From: Tubiluchus corallicola
Taxonomy: Eukaryota > Animalia > Priapulida
DNA length: 64,000 nucleotides
Assembly: GCA_030141605.1 (NCBI GenBank)
Contig: JAQGDQ010000025.1
Span: forward strand, 292,907 to 356,906
Reading direction: 5' to 3'
The position numbers and the translations under genes are program-made. Within the stretch, counting starts at the first letter, position 1; each line of letters opens with the position of its first letter. Under the pieces are notes generated by a model. The model had not been told where the DNA came from. It made no database searches and saw nothing but the letters and a program-made list of their open reading frames with translations. Below, piece after piece: positions 49,901 through 64,000 of the stretch.

Positions 49901-51823
49901 TTTATAAATAATTTATGAATGAACGAAAGGAGGAGTGGGTGGATGAACAAATGTACAACTACAGTAGCCCGAAGCATTGGGGTACTCTCTTACTGAGTCT
50001 TTCTGTCTAACGTTGTCTCTACGTCATTTAGAAGAACATTCATCGTTGCTATGAAATGCGCTTTATAGTAAAATGTTAGAATGTGTAGTAACTTTGTTGC
50101 GACGTGACAATATAAAAACTCGTTATAAACTTTTTACGTGAAAAACGCGAACGACTGCGAAAGCACCATCACGGTAAAATAGACGGTTTTGTAGAGTTAC
50201 TTCATAAGCGAGCAAGCCAGATGACCAAGCGGAGCCCCAAGGGTGTATGGAAAGCTGATGCTAAATAAATGAAGAAATGAATAAATAAATTAACGAATGA
50301 ATGAATTAATTAAATTATTTCTGTCTGAATGAAGCAAAAATGAGTGCATAAATGAGTGCAAATGAATGAATTTATGAAACTTGGAATAAACAATAAATAA
50401 ATGATTATATATGAACAAATAAAATTTAAGTTTAGATTTAAGTTTCTTACACATCAAATAAAAAGTAAACAATATACATTCAAATATATACATATACATA
50501 CACATATATACATCATATAAAAACACGCAAAACACATTAAAATATGTTCATGCATAAAAAGCAACATAATAATGAGGGGATGTGTGGGGGAGACACAAAG
50601 AGCAAAGGATTCTTACATGTGCCTGTTAAATACTAAGAAAGCATAAACGGCCGGTAGCACGATTAAAGGACAATTAAAGAAATTATATACTAACAATATG
50701 TACAAATGAAATTAATCTGTCACTTTGGACAGAACCTACAGGATTCTAGACATCGCAGTACAAATCCAACGCGTCTTTTTTGCGCATCTAAGATGTCCTA
50801 AGAACTTGCAGCTGTTTCTCCACTTGAGACCCTTTAAGATGACAGGGTTGATTTTTTTCAACACAGAAATGCCGGGTGTCAAGCAGGCGTTTATGTTGTA
50901 AAAAATTGCCTCATATTGTATGGCAAGTAGTCACCATAATCGCCACTTCATGTTTGAGGATACTCCCCACGGCTGCAAAGGGCCAACGCTTTATTGTTGA
51001 AGAGCACCACTTACGCTCTCTTACGCACTGTGAAAATAATGCGTTACGAGCACCATTAGCTGTAAATTGCTGGCCATATTTTTCTCAGCTCAGGGCGTCA
51101 CCATGTGTTGGTGCAAAGAGTGAACAGATGCACAGTACCTGCTGTAATCACTAATTAGAGTAAAACACTTTACTTTACGCCTAATTTAATTCAGCTACAC
51201 AAGCATAGACCTACCATTGTAGGTTTACTTTGTTCTTTAGGTTTAATACCCCAATCTCACTGTTGGTTGCTCACGCATAGCCTGTATCGTTATAAAAATG
51301 TTAAAATAATACAGTAAATTAAACGTTCCTCAAAATAATGGTCATATGGACGGCAGGCAGTCGCAAAAACAGTATTCAATAGACAAAAAACGAACGAATG
51401 AATGAATGAATGAATGACCGAACGAATGAATGTACGAATGACAAAAACTGAAATTAATCAGTTGAAACAAACAAACAAACAAATGACATAAACAAATAAA
51501 AAAAAACATCCAAGTACGGGTCAACAGAAGAGTTTGCCACTATTAAATGCTTGTAGCAGGACCGTCATGTAGTTTGTCATCAATGATTTTTTTAAGATGA
51601 GTTACTGAGCAGAAGTGGAAGCGTCTTTCAACGAGGGTCTGCACTTTATTAGAATTGTCTACACAATTCAAATGAGTGACATTTGAATTCTTCAGGAGTT
51701 TTGCTTTGACAAATATCAATAAAAAAACTTTTTTAACACGCATCAACAGTTTTCGTGGTGCTCGTGAAACATGGCGACGCCTTCAAACTAGCGAGTTTTC
51801 TAAACTCGCCAAATAACTCGCAA

Positions 51824-52089
51824 GCGTGTTCCGACTAGAAAGCAAAACTTGCTGCGAGTTACTCTCCGACAGCAAGTGCGAACTAACACTCACTTCTCTC
51901 ACTGTGAAAAGTGTCGAGAGTAACTCGCTGAAACGTTCACATTAACAATAACTCTCACAAAATCAACTTGCAGTAACTGTCAAAGATGTTGTAATAACTT
52001 GCTATAAGTAACTCGTACAGCAGTTCACACTTGCGAGTTTGCTGTCAGAGTGTAAACTCGTGACAGAAAACTTCCCAGTCTGAATGCGC
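51824..52089. mobile_element. Decayed palindromic MITE (PIF/Harbinger-like ends)
   Basis: GCGTGTTCCGACTAGAA versus the right-end reverse complement GCGCATTCAGACTGGGAA, with internal inverted AACTCGC/GCGAGTT repeats; no TSD seen. Confidence 0.45.
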
Positions 52090-53293
52090 TGTAAAGGACG
52101 CAACCAATGTTAAGACCATCATGTTACACTCCCATTTTTGTGCAAACAGCTCTTTACATTGTCATGAATTTACATCTAATCTGCTAAACCTATCTGCTAA
52201 TTTCATGACTCGCAATTAATTGTCGTTTTAAAAGTTAAAATACCTTTGTACCGAAGGTTGCTAAACTAACAAGCGTATAGGTCGAAAGTAAATTTTATAA
52301 TTACTGTGAAAAATCATTTGAAAAAGCAACTCTCCAAGTTCAATTACAACCTAGAAATGGTTGAAAGAAAGACAACAACTACATAGTCTACTTATTTTCT
52401 ACTTAACAAATTTCATTTGATTCTAATTAAATTAGTGTAATTAATTTTTTCGAAAGCCAAAAGTGGCACATATTGAAGCGAATTTTTTCGAGACGTATTG
52501 TCTTGCATATGCATTGAATGTTTTGCTGCGTAGGCCTATATATATATTATATATTACTACGTATATATGTAATAGATGTTAATAATTTTTAATAGTTTTC
52601 ATAATGATATACAAGCGCAGAGACGCCAAATTTTAATAAAAAATTATGTTTTCAGCATTTTTACTTTAATTTTTCTAGTTTAAAGCATTAAACTACCTTA
52701 AACAATTGCTCTGCTAGTCGACATGTTGAATCCTGCACTTTAAATGTCTGAGTCTTTCCGACTTTTTAGTTAAGGATTATAAAATCATCGTCCATTTAAG
52801 CCTACATTGAAACTGTTCTGAAAGATAAGCCGAGATGTACAATTGTATCTAAAACAGCAAAGGCCGCATCTAGTAATTATCGTGATTATAAATCAATTAT
52901 AATAAGAAGACAACAGAAAGCTGGAGTGTAATAAACGAACCCTCAGTGTATTAAAAAATTGAAACGATTAGAATAAAAATTAAAACATTATTCTTTCCAC
53001 TAAAAGTGAAAAGATAAGGTAAGTGATGATATCATTGTTTATCTTGCAAGTGCACTCAATGCTAAGAAGTAATTAACTAAAAAAGGTTACAATATTAAAA
53101 TTTCTGCCATATATGATTGGTAGATTAGTTTTTGTGTGAATCGTGTGAAAATGTGACTTGTGCAATAAAAAAATATTACACGTTGTATTAAATTCAATGA
53201 AGTCATTAGTAAAAAATTTAAAATTTTAATTGAAATCGTTGAAATTGCAAAACGTTTTTCCTATATCCTGTTGTTACGCTATTAACGTACATA

Positions 53294-53575
53294 GGGGAGA
53301 GTGGGGCGAGATGGGCTACTAATTTTATAATATCTATATAACGCCAGCATTAATAAATTAACCCAACATCTATGTTAAATGACAGTAGTTCGATGTACTC
53401 TACTGTTGCTACTCCGCAATTAATTACTTAATTATGCTAAGTTTTTGTTTTTGCAAAAATAGAAGGAACATTCCCAAGTTACCCTCTAAACCAGGTAAGA
53501 TGGGCTACCGTAGCAAACAAAAAACTTGCAATTAGTCCAGCTCACCCCAATAGCCCATTTCACCCAAATCTCCCC
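53294..53575. mobile_element. MITE with 25-bp imperfect TIRs and TA TSD (pogo-like)
   Basis: TA|GGGGAGAGTGGGGCGAGATGGGCTA ... TAGCCCATTTCACCCAAATCTCCCC|TA (21/25 match), plus an internal AAGATGGGCTA repeat. Confidence 0.85.
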
Positions 53576-54849
53576 TATACATATAAACTGCCTGCTTGAG
53601 TGAAAAAAAACCTGGACTCTGGTAACAGAGTTTGGTACAACGTAAGGTCCGCAGGATAAGGTCCGGCTGCGTTGTGAACTTGTCAGCTACCATTCTATCA
53701 GTAAATTGTTTCTTTTCAAGACCATGACAAAAATCTGTCGATCGCTATCAGTAGCAAATTACCCGTCTGAACTATTCCAATAATGAGGTGGCGATTTTTG
53801 CAGCGATTAGGGTTCCCACCCGGGGTGGATGTTGAATTTAGAGTTGCTCTGAAGATAGCTAATCAGCATAGTTAAAAATCCTCAATTTTATCAGCTATGC
53901 TGCTTGGTCTAACGTTTTATTCTTTAGCTGAGTTTTCATATTAATTTAGTATTCGCCGACTAGGAGCTGCAGACGTAACGCAAAACGAGCCTCTGATTCA
54001 GTGGCTTGAATCAGCCTCCGTTTCGATCGCAGGGGGTAGTTCTCCCTCCACTCATTCGGACCAGCAGATTTCACTTTCCGCTGTCCACAAAGCACTTCCG
54101 GTCCAAATACCCTCGCTGTTTTGTACAAAAATCTGAATCGTTGTTTGTTGGTTTGTCGAAACGCTGATAATAGCGGCGATTTGAGCGCCACGGGTGGGCA
54201 ATTAGACAACACAGTGATGTACAATAGAAACTAAGCGAGGATTAAACTACACAATTGCCCTATTCACTTCGTTCCAATCTTTCTCTATTCGAGTCGTTCA
54301 ATTTGTGGCTCTAAATGGAATATCCTGCGTTGGATTTTTGTGTAAAAACAACAACGCAGAGCACACGTTGGGACTTATAATGATCTTAAATACCCTGCGT
54401 GTTTATGCACTTTTATGTAGTATTCAAGAATTATCTTCAAGCTTTGACCACGCTGCATTTTCACGCTGCGTTTTAATTTGCATTTTTGACATTTTTTTCA
54501 AAACGACGATGAATAACTGGAAATTCCAATATCACCTTAAAGCACAATAAAACGCTCTTCATAAAGAAAGCTTAATAATTCATCTTGAAATTTTATATCA
54601 CTTACCCGCTGTGGTTTTGCATAGAGAGTGTAATGTAGAAACGTTGCATAAAACTTGTACTCCCCCGATGACAGTTAGGACCGGCCATTTTAAACGTGAG
54701 TAGTTTTTCAGACATTTGAAAAAAGTTTATATAACATTGCGTGGAGTTTGAAAAATAATCAGATCATTCGTAGCATAGTCTTCGCTAACTAAGCAAAAAT
54801 TAAATGATTTTATATTATCGGTAGATAATAAAGTATTTGTTGGTGAATC

Positions 54850-55010
54850 AGTGGTGCATACTGGAATGGCGATGCAGTGCCATTTCACTAGGTAGTGCGA
54901 GCATTTTATTAAGAATTTTCCTTTCCAAAAATTTTTAAACAGATATGCATAATGCTAAGTAATATAACTTTGTATGGAAAGTTCTTTGGGACATACTTTA
55001 AAATTCCTTA
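54850..55010 (-). mobile_element. Dispersed DNA-element family, partial inverted copy 3
   Basis: TATTAAGAATTTTCCTTTCCA and ATAACTTTGTATGGAAAGTTCTTT are reverse complements of blocks in copies 1 and 2. Confidence 0.5.
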
Positions 55011-55430
55011 TACTTCCTTGTTCGTCACACAAGTTACATTTTGTATTGTTCTTCTAATTTTGTATGATATTTAACGTCTAGTAAATTTCATCGTGTGCAC
55101 CACGTGTTTTTATCTTTCACTAATATTATCTTTCACTTAATAAAAACGTGTGCACCTTCAAATTACAGAAGTACAAAGAATTAAATTGAATCCTGTTATA
55201 CATTAAAAATTTGTAAAAATTAATGACATTGTGATATTAGTAAGACATGACCGTGTTTAATTCCTATCAAGTTTGCACTATGTATGTGGTACGCTTTGAC
55301 TGATGTTGCCATCTCGACGATCACCAAAAGAAGCTGTTTCACTTTCTTTTTCAATAATTACTCGATTTCAGACTTCTAACAAAAATATCAGAGTAGGAAA
55401 ACTGTCTGCTTACCTGTATAAATTTCAAAC

Positions 55431-55431
<1 letters not shown>

Positions 55432-55470
<39 letters not shown>
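55432..55470. repeat. (TTA)n microsatellite
   Basis: Seen directly. Confidence 0.95.
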
Positions 55471-57894
55471 GTACTGCCCTATAAATAGTACTGCTACTAC
55501 TAGTATTACTGCTGCTAGACTACTACTGCCACCACCGCTGTCACCAGCATCATGTCCACCACCGCCACCATCGCCCCCACCACCATAACCACCACCACTG
55601 CAGGTTCAGAATATTCAGCAAAGTAATCTGAGATCTGATTGATAAATTAATGACGATGACACATGTACGATTTACATCGGACTAACTGCCAGTAGAACAA
55701 ATCAGCAAGTTCAAGTTAACTTCCTTAAACTCTGATTTTGTTGGCGTCAACTTAGTGTACTGTTGACAGAAACATTTTTCCTGAAAAAAATAAACCAAAA
55801 CATGTCGCTTAAATCTTCTTTTATTAAACAACGTTTCGTGATGGCAAATCTCTTCATTGGGTAATCAAAACTGCAAGATAATTTAAAATTAAATATTTAA
55901 TTTGCACTGCTTTAATGTGAGTTGATTGTTTAAAAACACTACTAGGAAATTGTGACATTTACAAAAAAAGTGCAAAATTTTTTGTAAAAATGTAATAAAA
56001 ATTAATTTGCAAACAATTGTTGTAAATTTTGTAATTTTTTTATGCATTTCATGTTTTCGACATTATTTCGTATTGAGGCAGTGTGAATTAATTTAAGTTT
56101 GAATTATCTTGTCGATTGATTATCCAGTGAAGAGACTTGACATCTCGAACAGTTATGTTCAAAAAAAGTTAAAGCCGTTGTATCTCGTTCTCCACACAGA
56201 AAGTGAATTTGCAAAGAAAAATTGGTTAAATGGCGTGTTATGCGTGTACATTGGCGATTATATAAATGTTATTAATATCAGTTATATAACGCTTAAGCAA
56301 TGTTTTGCGACAGTGCTGCCAATATAGTGCGCATTTTTAAATGCTAAAATACTAATAACAGCTAACAAGTTATTACGTGAAGTCCCTGTTGTACTGATGA
56401 CACAAGACGTTTTGCGAAGCGAGTAGATGTACACTATTTCGCGCGACATTTGATTACTGGATGCATTCTTCAAAGGATCTGAAAAGCAAAATGTGCGAAA
56501 AATGATAGGTTTTAACAATAACTTCATTTCTGCTCTTTAATTGAAATTTCAGCTTCCAATACTAATTTGTCTCGTTTCCGTATTCGCATTCACACGATGT
56601 TCAAATAACCCATAGGTATCCATCGCAATAGGTATAAAACTGAACAAGTAACTTTCGTTTCTATAAGAGCAACTTAACTTAGACAAACGTAATGGCAATT
56701 TATAATCCTACTTTGTTAAAACCACCTACATGTATTAGAAATTTTGGTATTCAAGCCCAGCTTTGTGAGTGCACGTAGAAAGAGATACGTACGTAGCAAA
56801 AGGGAAAGATCATACTTTACCATAGCATTAAGTCCTACTCCAGTACCTGCTTTATCATAGCATTTACTTAACCACCCACCTGCCCAACTGCTTATCCCAA
56901 AATACTTCCTCTCGCAGACTCCCTCCCCATCGTTTCTAATTCGTCTTAATTAGCCTAAGAGTGTTTTGTGTTGCTAATTATGTTAAGTAATGGCTACTAT
57001 AATAGATCAGACAGAATCTGCAGGAGATGGGTAATTACTCGTCCGCTAACAATAACAGTAATGGAGGCGCCGCAAAAGAGCCAATCTTGATTCTCTTGTT
57101 TCTTGCGAAGTGCGCCCACTTACGTGTATTTCGCAAGAATTTTTGCGCATTATTATTTGAGCTTTATTCAACAATTCGCATCTTTTACAGTTGAACACAC
57201 AAATTTTTTGCATGAAGATGAATTCTTTAAAGGTGTGTGCTCAGTGTGGGTGCGCCTAGGTGAATGATAAGAACAGAATAATAATGATGATCTGGAAAGA
57301 GCGAGGAGGGAGAAAGAGAGAAGAACCCCTGAGCCTATAATTACATACTGTTTTGTGTCGGTTGATATCTGTAGATCATAACAAAGCCATTCATCACTAT
57401 CTAAATTAGCTGGTGGCTTTGTGAGGCCGATAAAAGCTAATGCAGAAGTTAATTCGGCTAATTGTGACACAGAGGCAGGTAATTAGTAATTGTAGTTATC
57501 AGCGAATCTCGTGAAGATGTTGCTTATTGCTGTTTTGCGTGAATTGCGCGCGCGCTTGCGCAATTTGGCAACGATCAAACGCAGGAATCTTCTGTGTGCA
57601 CAAAGTAGTTAGAAGTGAGAGTAATTAGCATAATTAATTAAAAAAGTACCAGCAACCTAATCCTAAAAGTAAAAAAGTGAAGCATCTCAACATTTTCAAG
57701 TATTAAACTGGCAAGACAAAGTGTAGGCCCGTTATTTTGCCAGTTTACTCAACAACATATTGTTATAATTAAGAATTGATTTGTTTTAGGTATAGCAAAG
57801 AGATTCTTAGTGTGCCAGGAGGGCACACCTGGTGTATGCCTACTCTGTTTGTTCCCCATGTGTGAGAGCGAAGTAGGTGTCCTGGTTCTGGTGT

Positions 57895-58016
57895 TGCCTT
57901 GTCTTGTGTTGTTTTGTCTTGCTTATCTTGTTTTGTCTTGATTATCTTGTCTTGCTTGTCTTGTCTTGTCTTGTCTTGCTTGTCTTGTTTTGCTTGTCTT
58001 GCCTTGTCTTGTCTTT
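57895..58016. repeat. (TTGTC)n pentamer microsatellite
   Basis: Seen directly. Confidence 0.92.
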
Positions 58017-61000
58017 TAGTTTTAATGATTTTAAAGTTGATAATAGTTCGTGTTTTCGAAACGCAATTCACAAAAAAGTGAACTGACGTGCTTGCAAAAA
58101 GAAAATATAGTGTCGCTATTATTTCTTTCGAATTTCTGAGACATTAAAAACTGTATCCAAAAGCACTTGCATGACTGCTCAGTGAAAATACATGCAAGTA
58201 TAAACATAATAAGTACATAAGTATAAAGATTTTCTTTTTAGATGATTAAGTTAGTCTATATTCAATATAATTATGCGGCTCACTGATTTGGACATCACTC
58301 ATATCACGTTTCAAGGCAAATTCCTTACGCCGCCCCACCCCCATGTGAAACTTTCTTCTATTCGCCTATGCCCACACATTGAGCGCAGGATGCTTTGACA
58401 CAGAATGTTTGGACACTTGTAGTCTTGGCCATACGGACAATTTGGACACTGGCACATTGGTTATTTGGGCACCTATATCGTTTTGAATGCGCCATTCAGA
58501 CACAAGAATTCAAGTTTTGTGGAAAGTCAGAAAAGTGCATCATTTTTCTCGTTGTCCAATGTTTTAAAGTATTCATCAAGCCTCAGTGACCAACAGCAAC
58601 TCTCCTTTTGGTCAGCCTAGACGAAAGGGTATGATAAAATCATTCTCATCCATCACGAATGGACGACAAAGGTTGTTGACAAATCTATACCAAAACTAAA
58701 TGACAGCTACACAACACTTTTAATAATTTATCAGAAATCTGATGGCAATTTGGCCTGCTTGCGAGTCTGATATTTTATTTTTAAGCTAGCATTTAACAAA
58801 ATATGTGCAATTTTGTGCTGAAATATTCCGTGTGAATAAATATCAAGATCAGCCGTTTAGCAGAATTGGAAGTATAGTTGTACTTAGTCAATACATTTAG
58901 GCCTTTCGCTTATCGATCGCCTTAGGCCCGTGAAAACCTTGATCCACCCCTGTCTACAGTTAACAAAAAACACTTACCAGTAGAGGATAAAAATTTACAA
59001 GTAATATTTTGCTCAAATATGTGTTTATTAGTCTAGATTGTTTAAACTACCGTTTTCAACCATTGTTTCAATCACTATTATATATACTCTTTATACTACA
59101 ATACATAGACTATCTCCACCATCCCACATTTCGTGTTAAATCATTCTACTTGGACGCTAAATTAGTCAGAAGTTCATTAGGCAGATATCTTGACCGTATT
59201 ATAAGATTATCAGTCAAAGAAAGCTGAAAATAAACAAGTACATAGTGCATTGTTGTCGAAATAAAACTAGCAAAACCGATTATTTGTACAGCTAAGGATT
59301 GTTTGTCCGTCGGCCATTGTTCCACAACAATATCAGCAACTCCGCAGAGAGACAGACAGACGCTGGAATTGTTTTCTGAAGAATAGTTGGCGCAAAAAGT
59401 CACCGTAGTTTCCCTGGACCTGAGCCGATTAGAGATCCACTCAAGATGAGCGAGAGCAATTAGACCATATAAACGACTTAAACTATTCTTTGTTGAATCA
59501 CTAATCTCTTTTAACAAGCCTCAAAGAACCACAATGGACGGACAGTTGTTCAGGAGGAGGTACTCGGTGCGCAGACGGCCCGGGGGATTTGCTATCCGAT
59601 TCTCTTTCCACTACTCCTCTTTCATTAAGTACACGTCGCAGAGTGCTTTTACCCGCCCAATGGATTGTTTATGAAACGTACTAAGTGTATCCTGGGGCTG
59701 GAAGAGTTCATCATATCTCATCATGCCAAATTAGCTAAAAGACGCGTTTTGTGATGCTTTGTTGCCGTTATCGGGTTCACGAATGCATTAAATTAAAGTA
59801 AGCTAAGCGTGCATTTTTTTTTAAATAAAACACGGTTGTGCCTGTGTAGATTCAGAAAAACCGGACCTTAATTCAAAGTTAATTAGAAGCAATTAATAAA
59901 AATTAGACAATAAAGAAAGCTAGTTCAGAATGCGAAGCATTGCATAACTCACTCATTGAGCATTTTCTGTCCAACTGTCTGGGTATGTCATTTGTTATGG
60001 ATCCGTTTCTTCATAAATATGTTCGCAAAAGTTTAGATTAGGGAATAACTCTATATAGGGACGTCACAATATAAAAACTGGCTAAAAACTCATTACTTGA
60101 GCAACAACGAGAACGAGGTCGGTATTACGGCAAAATAGACCACCTTACAGAGTTACTTCGAAAACGAAAAAAATCACGACATTTCAGTCCATCACTGTAG
60201 ACTACAGTCAGATGAAAAAGAAAAAGAGCGCAAACAATCATCAAATGCTAATTTTTTTGGGTACTTCTGGTCGTTGTTTTTTAATTCATTCAGTGTTAAT
60301 GCTGTTGTTTAGATTTGGTCCAAGACAGTTGCAAAAGCAAAAGTTATTCTTCAACTAATTAATCAAGCTAGCTGATTTTAAATGCAATCGCAGATGCTTT
60401 TTAATAAAAGAAACTCCGCACCTTTGTGCGGGCCTTTTCTTTAGAACACTTTGGGAATACCTCATTGCAACGCAGGTAGACTTCGTTTTAATTTGACTTG
60501 ACTAGGCGTAATGAAAAACCTACCCGACCACAATTCAAAAATTAGACACAAAAACCGGCAGTTTTAATCCAATGTTCCAGGCGCCTAGTCCCTCACAGAT
60601 GCTGATCTGCCGAACCAGGTTTGGCGTAGATAAAGTGGCAGTAAGCGCAACTTAAAACTTTTATCATCACCTGTTGTTAAACGCGATTGTAAGCTATAAT
60701 GCCAGGTAGATTTAGTAAAATCCGGTTAAAAACACCGCCATGTAATTACACAGACACGCGAAATAGCACGGATTTCAACCAGCAGTTGCAGCTTTATTAG
60801 ACTTACTATAGTTCTTATGTTCAAATACTTAAAGGAACGAACACGTCACTCAGTATGTTGAGTTTATTTTACCGTTTATCAGTTAAACTTAGAAAAAATA
60901 TAGTAAAGATATTTACAAAAAAAAACTGTCTACAAAGCATAAATTTAAAATATACTACATTTGAATAGAAATTTTCAGGCGTGGTGGTTACCGCCATTCA

Positions 61001-63251
61001 CTTGAAAATTATGACATAACTGGGAGACATCGCAACTTTTCGTAAGCGCGTCGTGGTTTTCCGTAAGAGCACGCTGCTTAAACTAATTCAAACTTCTGCA
61101 GCTTAACTAATATTCACGCAAAATTAGCTATCTAATTTTTGGTACAAACTTTTTATACTTTTGGTGAAGACAGTGCGCTACTTTTCTCCAGAACGAATGA
61201 CGTCATTGGCACAAAAATGGGCTTTGAAAATGGGAGCGAAAATGGAAGAATGAAATGATCACGACTTTAAAGTGATTTTACTAATTAAACTGGCGCTTAT
61301 TGCAATTTTATTACTAAATCCTTCTAACATTTTTCGCGAAATAAGCCTGACTTCCCAGAAGGCTTGGCCTTTCCTTTAAGCTCATGCTTATAGAATTTGA
61401 TTTTTTTGGTTTTCTTATTTATAAGGTGCGTTTTTGTCTATTCTTTGTGTTTGTTGAGACGATGGTGATATGATACGTGGTTGGTACGAGGATGATTATG
61501 ATGAAATAAATTGACTTGGATGCAAAAAATGATAATGAGAATGAAGATGGGTGATAATAAGATTATACAGATGATATTGGTAGTGATGACAGTAATGATG
61601 ACTGATTATGGCAATACTGCTGTTGTTGCTGCTGCTGCTACTGCTGCTGATGATGATGACAAATTTAATGATGTGGACGATACTGATTACGATAAGTTTT
61701 AGCTAAAAATATGAAACTAATATTTTCCGCTCACCTGCGTAATTAGAACACGCATTTTAGTCACCTTGAAGCAACAGTAAATGGCGTATAACCTCTACTT
61801 TGTGTAGTGCAGACCTTATGCTTGAATGAAACGTGTTGGATTGAATTAACAATATAGGAAAGATGATCCTCGTCATTAAGAGAGGCCATTCTCTTTGTCA
61901 GTCGCGTGTCCGGCACGATCTGATCATATTAATGCACGACGATTGGTTGGTTTGACGTATCAAATAACTCTAAAGCTACACGAAAATTTACTTATTCCCC
62001 TGTCAAATCCCAGCTCATTTGCTCGATTATGAGCGCACGTAAGCATCTTATTTGTTACAATCTTTTCAGAGGCTTATATGCAAATTGCAGCGTTGATGTA
62101 ACAGTACTCCCGGCACAGGTATAACAAGCCGTTTAGCAGATAAAATTGCTTTAACAATTTCCATTCTTGCTGCTGTTTGTGCTACTTGGACTCGAGAGCA
62201 TGTCATCATTACGGCTGACACACGACACCAATTTATTCGCCACCATGCTGGCAGCTGATTACCTAACTACGCTAATTCTTTTATGTTATGCATAATTTGC
62301 TGAGCACACGTAGCATTAAGTTTAATTCGCGTTTGTTTGTTTTTCAATCTGTTTATTGCTCCATTCGTTTATTTCTTGCTTGCTTGTTTGCTTCATTGCC
62401 TAAAAACTGAAACGTCGAGCACGTGTAGATAGTGTCAATTAAAATTTTCCTGTCAGACGTTTCTCAGACATTGAACTTTTAATTCTTCCAGTCGGGTTTG
62501 ATCAAAGAATTACTGTCTCAAGTGCTGTGATTAAAATGGCATTTTTATCTCCTCCGTCCAGCCAATTAAAATTTAATTATAAACTGACGAGAAAATTTAG
62601 GCCTAATATTTAACTGTTCTCGAACTCGAGCTGCGTTGCAACACTTTAGACAAATAGAGAATTTTTTAGGACAAATGTAGCTAGATTATGGACTTAAATT
62701 ATAAGACGATATCAATCCATGATAACCGTAACTTTTTTAGTTGAACTTGGACCTCTCAGGAATCAATTAGATTGTTGTACTGTTCTGGTTATTTATCGTA
62801 CACTGTTACTTATCTCATTTGAACTTGCATTGACAGAAAAGAAGCACAAAACTTCCGACCTCCCGGACATCGTTTTAAAACAGGAAATGGCTCACGCCAT
62901 CTCACGGAAGGGTTAACACGCACGGCATTTAGTCGTTAAACACTTCCATGAGAGCGTGCAGTTTAGCAAAGTGACAAGTTATGATTAAAGGCGGCGGTTT
63001 TTCAGATTAACCAGCAAGATGATTACACACTCGTCAGCTCAGTAAATGCACAGGAGCTACATATGATCCTCCAAGGAGATTTTACTGCTGGCTTGCTCGT
63101 GTTGATGGAATATAAAGTAGCTGAATCCTGTATTAAATGAGGACTTCATCTAGTCAATTATTCTTCAAGTATAGTTACTATATAGTACTATATTTACTAT
63201 AAAACTTACAATGGCACAAGAATTTGTTTGCAATACATATTTATAATAACA

Positions 63252-63365
63252 TTTCCTTTTCTTCTCCCTCTCTTTCTCTCTTTCTTTCTTCTCTCTCTCT
63301 CCCTCTCTCCTTTTCTTTTTCTTCTTCTCCTTTTTCTCTCTTCCCTCTGTCTTTCCCTCTCTCTT
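63252..63365. repeat. Polypyrimidine (CT-rich) low-complexity tract
   Basis: About 110 nt of almost pure C/T; a second (CTTT)n tract lies at 63527..63568. Confidence 0.9.
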
Positions 63366-64000
63366 GATCCTATTATATCTTTCTTTAATAACTCGGCACA
63401 TAAAAGGTAGCATGAATTTCAAAACTTCTGGAATGAGAGCTGAGTTAGCAGAGGTATTTTAGTCACGCCTAGGTGTATCCTCCTTGAGTGGTGTATATAT
63501 TCTCCCTCTTTCCTTCCTGCCCTCATTCTTTCTTTCTTTCTTTCTTTCTTTGTTTCTTTCTCTTTCTACAAAACAAGCCTCACAACACTCGAAGTGAACT
63601 AAAGAAATATTTTTGCCTTACGTCAGACAAGAACAGCGCTTAATACAGTTGTATTTGAGCAGAAATAAACAAATTAATGCAATCGAAGACTGACGGCCGA
63701 AGCTGACATAAAAGAGGATAACTAGGCGGCCAAAAAATCACCTAAAACTAAAAAGACTTTATAGAGGAACCAAAGAAACAGGTAAACCTGAATTATGCTA
63801 TTACCAGGGCCATTATCCTTGTTCCATCATTGTTATTTCTCCGCGCATCAGTAACAGCATCATCATTACCACCACCATAGTCATCGCCATAGTCGCCGCC
63901 TTAGTCGGTATTCTGTAAATTATCATTGTAATCGCATAAACAATGAATGATTTTTAAGAGTATCGCGTCATTTACCACACTAGAGACACGTGTGTGGAAA

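Overview
AT-rich, intron-containing animal genomic DNA from an invertebrate (tunicate-like repeat content, but that is only an inference). Left to right: (1) the first 8 coding exons of MPHOSPH10/Mpp10 on the - strand (ATG at 7551, gene runs off the left edge); (2) a divergently oriented gene with one coding exon (11796..13670) encoding six atypical GATA-like C4 zinc fingers plus a C-terminal coiled coil, which I cannot assign to a known family; (3) a very young 3,889-bp non-autonomous Gypsy-type LTR element (19594..23482) with identical 386-bp LTRs, ATAT target-site duplication, tRNA-Leu primer site and no RT/IN, whose U3 folds into a ~130-nt hairpin that loops out the TATA box; (4) a Golgi carbohydrate 6-O-sulfotransferase (CHST1/3/4-like; 28335..28566 + 32224..33254), possibly with paired 7-nt and 8-nt microexons; (5) about 30 kb with no recognisable protein-coding sequence, containing MITEs, SINE/LINE remnants, satellites and homeodomain-site-rich islands. 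All calls were made by eye; no database searches or folding programs were run.
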